Counted from the first letter of the whole stretch, positions 21,708 to 34,838 are shown. The stretch: 63,229 bases of DNA, filler included, from Chiloscyllium plagiosum (GCF_004010195.1; 5 parts of one record of this genome joined end to end with filler, not necessarily neighbours in it), one strand, 5' to 3'. Program-made: numbers and translations. Notes: generated from the sequence alone by a model not told the origin.

Positions 21708-23314
21708 ATGTTAGGGGTAGATTCTTTACTCAGTGAGTCGTGAGTTCATGGAATGCCCTGCCAGTAGCAGTGGTGGACTCTCCCTCTTTATGGGCATTTG
21801 AATGGGCATTGGATAGGCATATGGAGGATAGTGGGCTAGTGTCGGTTAGGTGGGCTTGGATCGGCGCAACATCGAGGGCCAAAGGGCCTGTACTGCGCTG
21901 TATTTTTCTATGTTCTAAGTATAGAAAACAATTAAAAACTATCTACATCTAAGTCACCCCGCTGAAACCTTTTTTTAAATTTAAAATTCCCCTGGACGGA
22001 TGGATGGACAGACAGAATGGGGATATGGGTGTCCTGCTATCTGAATAATAGGTATGTCCACTGATTACAAAAGCAAATGGAATGTTGGCGATTTTTGCAA
22101 ACAGAGTTGAATATAAAAGTAGGGACCTTTACTGCAGTTGTACAGGATTGGTGAACCACATCTAAAAAAAAATATAAATGTGGTAGAAGCAGTTCAGAGA
22201 AGGTTAACTTGGATTCATTCCTGATGTTTGTGTTATGAAGAAAAGTTGGGCATTTAGAAGAAAGGGAGGTGTTCATTTTGAAACATGCAAGGTGCTGAGG
22301 GGACCTAACAGGATAGGCACTGGGAAGGTGTTTGCTCTTGTTAGGATGACTAGAACTGTTTTACCTTTCTGTCAGAGGATTTGTAAGTCTCTGTAATTCT
22401 CAACCTATAAATCAGTGCAGATTGGGTCATTGAATTTGTTGGAGGTTTAGTTAGATTTTTGGCAGACAGTGGAGTTGATGGTAATGGGGGCAGAGAAGAA
22501 AGATTGGTGCTCTTATTAAATGGTGGAGCAGGTTTGAAGAACTCTAGCATTTACCCTTATCCCTAACTATCATGTACCCATGGGGTTCAGAGGATGATGA
22601 TGGGAGTTGGTAAAAGATCATAGGTCTGTACGGAGGATATGAGGAACTGAGAGAGATGGGGTTGGACATGGGTTGTCATGGTTGTGACATGGGGTATAAG
22701 TAGGTGAGGTGAGGGTTTGAGGGCCAAGCCATTCTTATTACAACTGAGAAAATCCCAGAGCATTAAGGTGTCCTTTTAAACAGCCCTCCAGAATAGAATG
22801 CACTGTCTCAATGGAATGAAAAACCTGCTGTTTCTCCTGAAGCAGGTAAACAGAGACGGGAATTTTTCTCAGTCTCTGGAGAAGAATTCCAACTCAACAC
22901 GAGTCAACAGTAATACATTAAGCCTTTCAACCTAACATTTAAAATTACTGGAGTGTGGTTTATACAAATCATTAATTTCCAAAAAGCAAGTTATTACTTT
23001 GTTCCAATTTTGGAGGTAAAATGCTTTTGAGGTTCAATAAAGAGTCTCAAAAAAGCATTACTGACCACAAATAAATTTGGAAAAAATATTGAAGTTCCAG
23101 GCTTTTAATTTAGGTAAAAGAATTAAGTGTCTCTGTTGATTGCTTGTTGATAGCTTTTGGTATATGTCTGTTGAATTTTTGAATTGATCACTGATGAAGA
23201 TGCAAGGAACCTCCCAGAACCAGAGGTCTAATCATTGAAGGAAAATAAAGAGTTGAAAGAAATTAGCATGAATGAGAAGATTGTATAGGAGAAATAAATG
23301 GGGCTGAATGTTGA

Positions 23315-24060
23315 CAAATTTCAAGAAAAACGGGTACCCAATAAACACAATCCTCCGATTCCTCAGAAACAAACCCAAACAAGGAGACACAGCGCAACCA
23401 AAAACTATAGCCACATTACCTTACATCAAAGGCATATCAGAAATGATTTCCAGACTACTCAGACCCCTTGGCATCATGACAGCCCACAAACCTACCAACA
23501 CACTTAAACAGCAACTAATGAACCTAAAGGATCCAAAAGATACCACCAGCAAAACTAATGTCATTTACAAGATACTGTGCAAGAACTATGAAACAAACAC
23601 TATATTGGACAAACCATAAGGAAACTTGCCACCAGGATACATGAACGCCAGTTGGCCACCAAAAGACACAACCCTATATCACTAGTTTCTATACATACAG
23701 TCAAAAAAGGACAGCACTTTGACTGGGACAACACACACATTCTCGAACAGGTGAAACAAAGACATGCACGAGAATTCTTAGAGGCATGGCATTCTAACCA
23801 GAATTCCATCAATAAACACATTGATTTAGACCCTATCTCCTTTCCTTGAAAAAAAGAATCAGAAATGACATCACCTGCCTTAAGAAACCAAGGCCTATAA
23901 ATAGATAGGCGGGACATATCATCAGCGCTTCACCAGAAACTCCGACTGATGATGTTGCCTAGTATGGTGACGAAACGTCTGAAAACAAACCTTCAAGCTC
24001 AGCGAGCTAACTTACATACCTATCATCAACCTGAGCTACAAATTGTCTCAAAAATCGCTA
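23315..24060 (+). mobile_element. 5'-truncated Penelope-like element: GIY-YIG endonuclease plus terminal repeat
   Basis: FKKNGYP, TLPYIKG, NVIYKILC..YIGQT..LATRIHE, AREFLEAWHS. TATAAATA at 23896 and hammerhead at 23946-23979. Inserted in a CR1. Confidence 0.9.
23942..23983 (+). ncRNA. Minimal type I hammerhead ribozyme in the Penelope terminal repeat
   Basis: CUGAUGA 23946-23952, extra U, stem II GUUGCC-UAGUAU-GGUGAC, GAAA 23972-23975, C-GUC cleavage triplet; stem I weak. Confidence 0.75.
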
Positions 24061-24422
24061 ATTGATAATTATTTTCCAAAATTCTATAGATTCAAGATTA
24101 ATTACTAAAGATTGCTGATGTCACCTCATTATTTAAGAGAGAAAGACATAACCCACAGATCTGCTAGTCTTATATCAATTTTAGGGAAAATGTTAGAATC
24201 TATTGTAAAAGATGGGATAACTAGACACTTGAATGATAATGATCTGATTGGACACAGTCAGCATGGAAGTGCAAGTGGAAAATCGTGTTCAACGCACTTG
24301 TAGATGTTATTGAAAGTATTACTAATAAAATTGATAATAGAGATTCAATGGACGTAGTATACTTGGATTTTCAGAAGATTTTTCATAAAGACCCCCAAGG
24401 AGGCTGATTAGAAAAATTAAAA

Positions 24423-24636
24423 GGAGAAAGTGAGGTCTGCAGATGCTGGAGATCAAAGTTGAAACTTTATTGCTGGAACAGCACAGCAGGTCAGGCAGCA
24501 TCCAGGGAACAGGAGATTCGACGTTTCGGGCACAGGCCCTTCTTCCTGAAGAAGGGCCTGTGCCCGAAACGTCGAATCTCCTGTTCCCTGGATGCTGCCT
24601 GACCTGCTGTGCTGTTCCAGCAATAAAGTTTCAACC
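24423..24636. mobile_element. Palindromic hammerhead-bearing mini-element (family A)
   Basis: Perfect 88-bp arms 24458-24545 / 24548-24635. TSD TAGAAAAATTAAAAG at 24409-24423 / 24637-24651. Confidence 0.88.
24543..24576 (+). ncRNA. Minimal type I hammerhead ribozyme, intact core
   Basis: Stem I UUC/GAA; CUGAAGA 24546-24552; A; GGGC-CUGU-GCCC; GAAA 24566-24569; C-GUC. Confidence 0.78.
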
Positions 24637-25370
24637 TAGAAAAATTAAAAGCAAGGAATAGGAAGTAATGAACTGCTGTGGATCAATGACTGGCCACGAG
24701 ACAGAAAAGAGAAAAAAAGGACTATTCTCATGTTGGTAGACTGTGACTATTGGGGTGTTACAAGGATCAGTATTTTGTTGTGGGACCAAATACAATATTT
24801 GATGACACAGTCAAGTGGGACTGTGTCTTGTGATAAAGGTGTAATATGATGAGAGGGATTTGGACAGACCTACTGAATAAGCAGGACCATGGAGGATAGA
24901 ATGTAATGTGAAAAGTGTGAGCTAATCCACTTTGGTAGGTAAAACAGATGTACAGAGTATTTATTAAATCATAAGAGCCTAGAAAGTGTAAATGTACAAA
25001 GGGACCTTGGTGCCCTTGTTAATAAGCCACTGAAGGCTAACCTGTAGGTGCAGCAAGTTATTAGGAAGGCTAATGGAATGTTAGCCTTTAGCACAAAAGG
25101 ATTTACATAAAGGAGCAGTGAAGTTTTGTTCATTTGGATAGTAGCTTATCTAGGCTGCATCTGGAATATGGTGTGTGGTTTGGTTTCTTTGCTAAGAAAG
25201 ATAGTATTGCCATTGAGGGAGATGTGCCTATGAAGGAGGGATTTGGCAAACTTGGTCTGTATTCTCTAGCGTTTCAAAGAATGATCTCATTGAAACTTAT
25301 AAAATACTTAAAAGCACAGACCGGGTAGAAGTAGATCAGATGTTTCCACTAGTTGGACAATCTACAACCA

Positions 25371-25555
25371 ATGTAGACAAGCAGGAGGCTGGAAGAACAC
25401 AGCAAGCTAGACAGCATCAGGAGGTGGAGAAGTCAACGTTTCAGGTGTAATTCTTCTTCAGGATCTGAAACATTGATGCTGCCTGGCTTGCTGTGTTCTT
25501 CCAGCCTCCTGCTATTCACTTGGAATCCAGCATCTGCAGTTTTATTTTGTCTCCA
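25371..25555. mobile_element. Fold-back Penelope-type mini-element (family D)
   Basis: Inverted arms agcaggaggctggaagaacacagcaagc / gcttgctgtgttcttccagcctcctgct. Minus-strand CUGAAGA...GAAACGUU with broken stem II. Approximate TSD (aatctacaa). Confidence 0.65.
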
Positions 25556-26145
25556 AACAAATCTACAATCAAAGGGCAAAATTTCAAAATAAGTTCGATG
25601 CCACTTAGGGCTGAGATGAGCAGAATCTTTATATGCAGAGGTTGTAAACATGTGGAATTCTCTACCCCAGAGGACTCTGGAAGCTCAATCTCTGAGTATG
25701 TTTAAGGTCGAGATTGATCGAGTTCTGATTACCAATGGCATACAGGGATATCAGGATGGGATAGGATAAAGATATTGACGTTTTCATTCAGCCATGATCA
25801 TATTGAATAGTGGGGCAGGCTTGATGAGCTAAGTGGCCTACTCTTGATCTTCTGTTCCCAAAAGCAACAGAATAATTCAAAATGGCTACCTCAGTAGAAA
25901 GTGCTTATTCAAAGCACTTTTTAACTGAAGCATTGTGTAATAGTTTGTTGTGGCTCAACTTGCAATGATCTCAAATCTTAATGCATTTATCTTTAGTGAG
26001 GCTTTCTGCAATAAAAAATAGCAACAATAAATTACCTCTCTTGCATTCACTTGAATTGCAAAAATTAATTTGATTCTATATTTTGTCATTCCAAATACTG
26101 ATTTGACTGAAATAATTTGAACTAGGCAAGCCTGGACTAATGATT

Positions 26146-26233
26146 AGAGTGTTGCTGGAAAAGCACAGCAGGTCAGGCAGCATCAGAGGAGCAGGAAAAT
26201 TGACATTTTGGACAAAAGCCCTTCATCAGGAAT
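26146..26233 (-). mobile_element. Family A repeat with decayed hammerhead
   Basis: Minus strand reads AUUC-CUGAUGA-A-GGGC-UUUU-GUCC-AAAAUGUC. Confidence 0.7.
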
Positions 26234-28421
26234 GGAGTAATGTAAAGTTATGTCCCTGTCACTATTAATGGGAGCAGCTTTTGAGCTTAGTAACAGCATA
26301 TTACACAATGAATTATTGGTTCTAATATTTGACTAAATGCATGGTGCCCCTAAATGCAAATTATTTATTAAATGTGTTATATAGTTATCACAGCTTGTGC
26401 CATTCTGATTTTGAAGCCTTTTTCTCTTGAGTATTTAAAAAGATTGTGTTACTATTAATTAGTAGAAACATGAAGGAAATTGTCAGTATAATCAAATCTA
26501 TATTAAACTCAATATTTTGATCAAAATGACAATGCTGTAGAACAATTAGTTGCTTACAGACTGAAGCTTTCAAAAAAAATGTACATACTGACTGAAAATC
26601 AGACATTTGGCAAAATAAGCAAAAAGTGAGAGTTCGCTTTTGAATTTCACCTCCAGTGACTTCAAAAATTGAAAGGGAACAATAAATAAAACAGCCACTA
26701 CGATGTCAGTGAATTAATTTTTGAACTTAATTTATTTTTTCCTCCATCTGGATTCATGATTAATAAATTTTGGACCATTTATCTGACTTGTATCCTATGT
26801 TTATATCTTTTGATATTGATGCAATTCAAGAAAAAAATCCTTTAAAAATAAAGTTTGCTTTGTTGCTACTGTGTTGCGATCTCAAAAATCACTTAGTCTT
26901 TCATGTCTGTGCAAGCAATTTGCAGTTTCCGCCATAAACAGCTGTGCTCAGTTGGACACAGATAATGTAACCTGCAATGGGAATTGACCTTTCAGCATAT
27001 CCATGATTATAATTTGTTTTGAATTGTTGATCAAAGGAGACATATTGGAACTTACTTTCTTGAGATTATAAGTGGCTGAGTAAATCAGCTGTGTGCAGCA
27101 AAGGGATTGGTTTTCCAAAGCACCAGTGGTGGGGAGTTGCTGGACCACAAAGACCTTAATTAGCATTAATAAATGTTCGAACAATACTTGAAAGGAATAC
27201 CTGGCATTAACAGCTACTGTATATTACCAGGAGGGTTTAAGGGAAATACTGGTCTAAATACTCTGAGTTCAAATTTAGATTTTGAGCTAAATAGCACTGA
27301 ATAAGTTTGTAATCATTTCCCTAGGACATATATAAAGAATCACAGTAAATCACATAGCCGACTATGTTTGATCAGCAGGTGGAAAGAGTAATACAAAAAC
27401 ATTCTTTCATTTGAAATTTAGGTTTGAGATGGAAACATTTGCTTCTCTTGTACATCTAAAGATCAACTATTTCCGAATTAGAAGCCGATATGTTTGGCAT
27501 ATTGTTATTGAAATATTGGTTTCCTTATTCAATACATGCTAGTTTGAATAAGATGAAATAAAGGGGAGAATTGCACGCTACCCACTTGGTGGCAATAGGG
27601 CAGGAAGATAGTTAAAATAGTGAGTCTTCAGCTGCTTGATCAATAATCTTCTCTCCATCACAAGGTCAGAAGTGAGGGTTTTCAGTGATGATTGCAAAAT
27701 GTTCAGCACCAGTTGCAACTCTTCAGATACTAAAGTATCCTGTGTTGATGTGCAGCAATGCCTGGGCAACTTCCAGACTTCAGCTTATAAGTGTTAAGTA
27801 ACATTCGTGCCTAACAGACAATTATCATCTTCAATAAGAGAGAATCACTTCTTCACATTCAATGGCATTTTCTTCCCTGAATCCCTCATTATCAATATGT
27901 TGTGGGTTACTATTGATGAGAAGCTTGTCCAGTCATGTACATACTGTGATTATATGTGCAGGTTAGATACTAGGAGTTCTGCAGTGAATAACTCACCACC
28001 TGTGTCCCAATGCCTCCATCCCATCTTAATGATACAGGTTGGGACAACAATGAAATATTCTCCACCTGTCTGCATGAGTGCAGCTCCAACAACAACTTCT
28101 CACCATCCAGCATGAAGTATTTGATTGGATATTGACTGCCTTCACCAATGATGTGCAGTGACAGCAGTGTTCACCATCTCTGAAGTGGACTGTGGTAGCT
28201 TACCATGGATTCTTTGACAGGACTTTCCAAACTCATGAACATACCGCCCAGAAGGACAAAGATTGCAGAGGCACAGGATCAGCAGCATTTGCGAGTTTGG
28301 CCCTGCCAACCCATACACTGTTGTTTCACTGTCACTGACTCAAAATCTGTAACTCCCTCCCTTATGTCACTGCAGTGGTTCAAGGAAACACCTCACTACC
28401 ACCTTTACAAGGACAATTGGC

Positions 28422-28745
28422 AGATTCCCTACAGTATGGAAACAGGCCCTTCGGCCCAACAAGTCCACACCGACCCTTCGAAGAGTAACCCAGCCAGATA
28501 CATTTCCCTACCCTATATTTATCCCTGACTAGTGCACCTAACACTATGGGCAATTTAGCATGGCCAATTCACCTAATGTGCACATCGTTGGACTGTGGGA
28601 GGAAATCGGAGCACCCGAAGGAAACCCACGCAAACACTGGGAGAATGTGCAAACTCCACACACACGGTGGCCCGAGGCAGGAATTGAACACGGGTCCCTG
28701 GCACTGTGAGGCAGCAGTACTAGCCACTGAGCCACTGTGCTACCC
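28422..28745 (-). mobile_element. HE1-type tRNA-derived SINE
   Basis: tRNA-like head (GGTGGCTCAGTGG...GTTCAATTCC), V-domain-like TGTGGAGTTTGCACATTCTCCC, HER1-like tail. Confidence 0.88.
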
Positions 28746-29470
28746 ATGGAGCAGTAATTCTACATTCCTGAAGCAGATAAAAATAAAACATTACTGTCCC
28801 ACTCCAAAGCTGCCTGGATCTTTTTGGGTCTGATTTTAGTGTACTTTTTTTCAACAGGTAGCTATCCTGCCTGATAATTCTTTAAAATATGCTCAGGAAG
28901 CTTAAAAATCAGTTGGACCCATATGCATTTTATCTGTCTTCAATGGAGAAGCTGCTGTATGACTATTTTGCAAAAAGAAACAAGTCAGCACAGAGTTGGG
29001 ATACAAAGAGACATTGAAAGGGACCAGGAAGAGGAAAGGCAAGAAGCAGACTGACAGTGTAGCCAGAGGGTCAAGTTATCATTTCTTGCAGTTTCCTACT
29101 GGAAAACAGAATTGACCTAAATGATCATCTGCTCATTCAGTTTAATTTGGAGCTTGGTCAAGGATGTTTTAATATACCTGGTAGTTTAGCTATGGTATTG
29201 TTTGAGAAATGGAGGGTGGTAGTATGGCTTACAGTTCATAAATAAGCAATGGAAGAATACTGTTGACTGAAGGCCTTCATTTTAAATATCACAGCAAAGG
29301 CACAGTGAATCTCTTTAACAAAGTTTCTCTCAATGTTGGCTGATTTAAACAGAAATAGGGGGAGGAATTTTCTATGTCCTTGAGTGAGAAAACACAGCAA
29401 GAATAAAGCCTCAGATTCGCAGGGGACATGGAGGATGGGGTCAGTTGACTCAGTTGGCTGAAATCAACTA

Positions 29471-29592
29471 GGAGACAGTGAGGACCGCAGATGCTGGAGA
29501 TCAGATGAGAGTGTGTTGCCGGAAAAGCACAGCAGGTCAGGCAGCATTCGAGGAGCAGGGAGATCGACGTTTCGGGCCGGAGCCCTTCAGGA
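29471..29592 (-). mobile_element. Family A repeat, hammerhead truncated at the core
   Basis: Minus strand reads ...UGA-A-GGGC-UCCG-GCCC-GAAACGUC. Confidence 0.75.
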
Positions 29593-29799
29593 GGCTGAAT
29601 GATGTCTGATTGGCTGAGCTTTTCCAGAACCACACCTTTTGACTCTTTCGTTGAATGGGTGGTTTGTGATTCAAAGCATTGGTTAAATTCCCACAATGTC
29701 GTAGGTTACCATGAAGGTCCAACTTCTCAACCTCTTCCCTTGTCTAATCCCGGTCATTTCTCTGTATTAAGAGAGCTGCCCTATGATCTGGTAAGACAA

Positions 29800-30200
29800 T
29801 GGCAGCTTTACCTTTACCATTGGTGTCTGAATTTATGTGTAGTTAAGACTCTCGTGATGTGCAGCAAGCTGGATGATGGCATGGCTTCCTTTGGTCAACT
29901 GGGTGAAACAACATGACCCTTCCCTCAACCACTCTACCCATGAGCACCTCTCGGTTTATGTCAGTGAAACCGTGTGCCAGCTTCTCTTTCTGGGCTGTGT
30001 TCTTCGTTGCAATCATGTGAGTCCAAAGTGAGGAGGCCTGACTTGCAATGCCTGACATGCTGTGGAGCTGGGGTTTAAATGTGGCACTGGCCATGTGAAC
30101 ATGGTAAAGTCCCAGCAGTGGTGAGTATCTCTGCCAATCTGCCACAAAATTTGTTGAGCAGCCAGTTGTGTCATTAAGGAGCTGTACAGTAGACAATTGG
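29800..30200 (-). pseudogene. Harbinger Myb/SANT-like ORF remnant
   Basis: AQKEKLAHGFTDINREVLMGRVVEGRVMLF; shares the ACTCACCACTGCTGGG upstream motif with the 33 kb copy. Confidence 0.5.
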
Positions 30201-32899
30201 ATCCGAAATGTCACCATGGGCCATGACAGGCTGCCTGGTGACAATATCACAGATGAAACATTGTGCCAAAACATGGCAAAATTCAGTTCAGGCTCCTTGT
30301 TGTTGTTGATGAAAAATCCATTGTTTTATTTACTTTTTAAACAAACCATCGAGGGTAATCACGTCAATCAAATAAGACCATAAGACCCATACAAATAGGA
30401 ATAAGAGTAAGCCATTTGTACCCATCGAGCCTGCTCCACCATTCAATAGGATCATGGTTGATGTGACATTCCTCACATCTACTTTCCTGCCTTTCCCCAT
30501 CACCCTCGATTCCCTGACTGATCAAGCATCTATCTATCTCATCCTTGAATATATGCTCCCACAGCTCTCTGTGGCAAGGTTTCCAAAAACACTTAACCTT
30601 CTAAGAGAAGAAATACGTCCTCATCTGAGCCTTAGATTGAGCCCTTTACTCTGAGACTGTGCCCTCTGGTCTTACACTTTCACATGAGGGGAAACATACT
30701 CTCAGCATTTGCCCTGTCAAGCCCCTTAGCATCCTATATGTTTCGATGAGATCGTCACTCATTCTTCTAAACTCCAGTGAGTAGACTCTTGGGTAGATTT
30801 TTTCATAAATTATTTTCATAATTTGTTCATTAGAAGAGTAGTTTGTACAATTCCTTTGATTTTAACTTAATTTTGCTTTACAGAATGCTGTGAAAGTGCA
30901 ACTTTCACAGAATGCATGATTGTCTTTTTAAGAACCTGTTCAGCCATTTCTTTGTGAGGTTGTGTCCTACATGCCAATCTTTGAAGGCCTGGTCTTCCAA
31001 TTGAGACTCCAGATAATATGTACTCTAGTGTTTCTTTTGACTACACTCCCCACCTGAACAAATGTGCAGCCTGCTCTCTGTCTAATTTTTGCAAGGAGAC
31101 ATTTTTAATTTACATCCAAGCCAAGGGTTTTATTTTCCTGCTGACCAGCTCTTGTGAATTGTTGCTGCTGTTGGCAGTTATATGATCAATATGTCAGCTG
31201 GAACATTTTTATGCCAACACTTGTTCCTTTTTTATCGCTTTTAAGATGATAAAGTTTGTTTTAAGCATTAAAAAATACTTAATGATGTAAAAATAGAAAT
31301 TACTTTCATCTCATTAATCACACATTACTTATAGCCACTGAAGTTACTTGAAAAATCTTCAGTTATCAGTAAAATTATGTGAAAACACTCCTAGGACATT
31401 ATGAATCTCCACCACATGAATTATTCACCAATCCACTATGTATAGATTAACTCTGTGTCACCTACTGATTTCAGAATATTATGAAATGTTTTCTGCTTTC
31501 CTTTCCTTCCTGCTGCTGCACATGTCTCCAGCAATTAAAGCAGCATACAGTGTTTAAAAAAATGCAAGGTTTGTGACTGAACTCAGGCAATCCGTGTCAA
31601 CAGGCTGTTTGGCATTATGGATGTGTATTTGTCAGGCCTAGCAAAAGACTGAAAGGGGCTAAGATAGAAGTCTTCTAAATCACAACAGATTTGTTAGGCT
31701 TTCCGCTGTGGCTAGAATGTAAGTGCAATTTATAATATGAGAAGCCAAAGAGAAAAGGAAATGTCGGAGGAACACTTTTTTTTTCATTGAAATGGCTAAG
31801 TATGTAGAATGGATTATTAGCACAAATAGTGAACATGCAAAGTTAATGGATTTCAAAGAGAGCTTAGACAGATCTTGTCAACAAACAAGATTCATAGATA
31901 TTAAAATGCACCAGGTGATTTTATGGATGGGTAAGCTGATGAACTAAATGTTTTTTTTACTTCTGTCTGGAACTATTGTTGTTTGACTATCTTTATGCTA
32001 TTTCATATCACTCATCAGGTTTTTAGTTTCCTGATTCACAATGCCATCTATTTATGGATACGTACTGAACTTGGTGATTGATACTTCCTTAAAATCTTTT
32101 GTAATTCAACTTATTATAATACTAGCTTTCTCCTGAAAGCCATCATACTGCTGGCAGGGGAGCTTGTTTGTTTAATAAAAGGGCAGGGCAGACATAAATA
32201 TCCATTGACATCTCCAGCTTTCCTCGGTCGTTCTGCCAGGAGGTACGTTTTGACTGAGCTAATCAAGGGGCATTCCTCCTTTCCAATGCTCAGTGAAGAT
32301 TGTCAGAATTTATCCTTATAGTGAAAGCCTTTATTCAAGTGTCAGTAAAGATTGTGATCAAATTTTGATTAGTTTGTGGGAGTCCACCCTGTAGGAACAC
32401 AGCTAGTGGGCAGTTCATTCTGACTGTTATTTCGTGGCCTTTATGATAAGCAGAAGAAGCAATCAGCAAGCTTTCTTTCTTTTTAAATCAGAAACAGCAA
32501 AATTTTACAACATCTAGCATAGTCAAGTGTTGCTGAAGAAATATTTTGATTAAGATTTTCTACTTTTTACCTACTAAAGCACTGATATTTATAAATCAAT
32601 TGGAAATATCAAAATTAATTTAAGTAATTGACACTAATATGATTAAAATGATCAAAATATGTTTTTCCAAAAATTACTTTAGAATGAATGAAAATCATTC
32701 TTTAATGAGTCAGGCTGTGGTATTTTGGCATTGTTTGCAAACTCATCACACTGGCAACTAGGGTTAAAATCTGACCATGGTACCTGGTAGAATTTGAATT
32801 AATAAAAATCTGAAATTAATGCTCATCTAATGCAATGAATTTTATGATATATTGGCTACGTTCTTTTTTGTTGAGTTTCATGGAGCATTTAAGTCTGCA

Positions 32900-33420
32900 A
32901 GGCCGAGTAGCTTTTCTCGTACTATTGTCCCAAATTTGCCTCATTAACTACATACCACAGCCCAGTGGTGGCCCTCTTGTTTGACGCTAGCCTGATTTCT
33001 ACAAATGCACACACTGGGGGAAGAACTCACCACTGCTGGGTTACCCTGAATTTTACTGATTTCCCAGGCACAGGCGCCATCTTTAAAAAGCCATAGTGCA
33101 CCTGGATCAGGATTAATGGTCCAGAGCTGCCCTGCATGATTTGTGACAAGATGCTGTGTTTTTAGGCAAGAAAGGGAAATATGCATCTCACTTTGCAGAC
33201 AGAGACCTGGAGATTCTGTTGGGTAGGGTGGTGCAGGGAGACAATATCCACTATCTCATGACTGGCACTGGTGGGCATGACACAAGACCATGCCAGCCTT
33301 GTCCAAGGTCGACACCTGAGTCAGTGGAGTCTCAGTTACTTGGAAGAATGCCTAGCAGTGCAGCAATGAGGTCAGTGAACTTCTCTACTCAGCCAAAGTA
33401 ATCACTATCATTTTCTCTCT
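32900..33420 (+). pseudogene. Harbinger Myb/SANT-like ORF remnant
   Basis: GKKGKYASHFADRDLEILLGRV, then in another frame VSGVSVTWKNA*QCSNEVSELL, resembling the Harbinger Myb/trihelix FSDxELExL ... RTxxQCRKKxNDL pattern. Confidence 0.6.
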
Positions 33421-33497
33421 GCTTCTTTAACACTCACTGTATCTCAGCTGCTGTACCCACATCCCATCAGGAACTGTACTATACTATTCTCATAATG

Positions 33498-34412
33498 CAC
33501 AGGATACAAATGCTACAGGAAGGATAGACAGGGAGGCAAAAGAGGAGGGGGAGTGACATTTTTGATAAGGGATAGCATTACAGCCGTGCTAAGGGACGAT
33601 ATTTCTGGAAATACATCCAGGGAAGTTATTTGGGTGGAACTGAGAAATAAGAAAGGGATGATCACCTTATTGGGATTGTATTATAGAACCCCAATAGTCT
33701 GAGGGAAATTGAGAAACAAACTTGTAAGGAGATCTCAACTATCTGTAAGAATAATAGGGTAGTTATGGTAGGGGATTTTAACTTTCCAAACATCGACTGC
33801 CATAGTGTTAAAGGTTTAGTTGGAGAGGAATTTCTTAATTGTGTACAAGACAATTTTCTGATTCAGTATGTGGATGTACCTAATAGAGAAGGTGCAAGAC
33901 TTGACCTACTCTTGGGAAATAAGGCAGGGCAGGTGACTGAGGTATCAGTGATTAGATTTAGATTACATTACATTATGGAAACAGGCCCTTCGGCCCAACA
34001 TGTCCACACCGATCCGCCGAAGCGCAGCCCATCCATACCCCTTACCTAACACTACGGACAATTTAGCACGGCCAATTCACCTGACTGTGGGAGGAAACTG
34101 AAGCACCCGAAAGAAACCCATGCAGACACGGGGAGAACGTGCAAACTCCACACAGTCACCTGAGGCGGGAATTGAACCCGGATCTCTGGCGCTGGGGGAG
34201 CACATTGGGGCCAGTGACCATAATTCTATTCATTTTAAAATAGTGATGGAAAAGAATAGACCAGATCTAAAAGTTGAAGTTCTAAATTGTAGAAAGGCCA
34301 ATTTTGACAGTATTCGGCAAGAACTTTCGAAAGCTGATTGGAGGCAGATGTTTGCAGGTAAAGGGACGGCTGGAAAATGAGAAGCCTTCAGAAATGAGAT
34401 AACAAGAATCCA
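33498..34412 (+). mobile_element. CR1/HER1-like endonuclease region with an internal HE1 SINE (33950-34193, minus)
   Basis: MVGDFNFPNID, LDLLLGN, SDHNSI; highly similar to 10143-10870. Confidence 0.88.
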
Positions 34413-34512
34413 NNNNNNNNNNNNNNNNNNNNNNNNNNNNNNNNNNNNNNNNNNNNTTAATTAATTAANNNNNNNNNNNNNNNNNNNNNNNNNNNNNNNN
34501 NNNNNNNNNNNN
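34413..34512. other. Assembly gap / artificial linker
   Basis: Same 100-nt spacer. Confidence 0.98.
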
Positions 34513-34705
34513 AGCCCCAGCCCCACTCTCCCCCCCCAACCCCCCTAATTTTTCTCGCCACCCATCGGCTCACAGCCTCATTCTTGATGAAGAGCTTTTG
34601 CCTGAAACGTCGACTCTCCTGCTCCTCAGGTGCTGCCTGACCTGCTGTGCTTTTCCAGCACTACACTCTCGACTCTACCTCCAGCATCTGCAGTCCTCAC
34701 TTTTG
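34513..34705 (+). mobile_element. Family A Penelope terminal repeat with mutated hammerhead
   Basis: AUUC-UUGAUGA-A-GAGC-UUUU-GCCU-GAAACGUC. Confidence 0.75.
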
Positions 34706-34838
34706 TCTATACAATGAGTTGCCCTACCTCTCCAAAGAACTCAGGCAGCTTTAGACATTCTTTTGAAAGACCTTCAGCTCACGAGTCATGCTTTTGCAAG
34801 ATGGCAAGCACTCTTTGTGAAGTTGTCTCCATGAATTA

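Larger units (their letters stand above)
24061..25860 (+). mobile_element. Old CR1-like LINE RT and 3' end hosting two Penelope-type inserts
   Basis: LISILGKMLESIVKD...SQHG, YLDFQK, RLHLEY motifs; continues upstream at ~23190-23315. Confidence 0.8.

Noticed and set aside
28690..28745. tRNA-like sequences (also at 43351 and 62711)
   Set aside because: Heads of HE1 SINEs, not complete tRNA genes.
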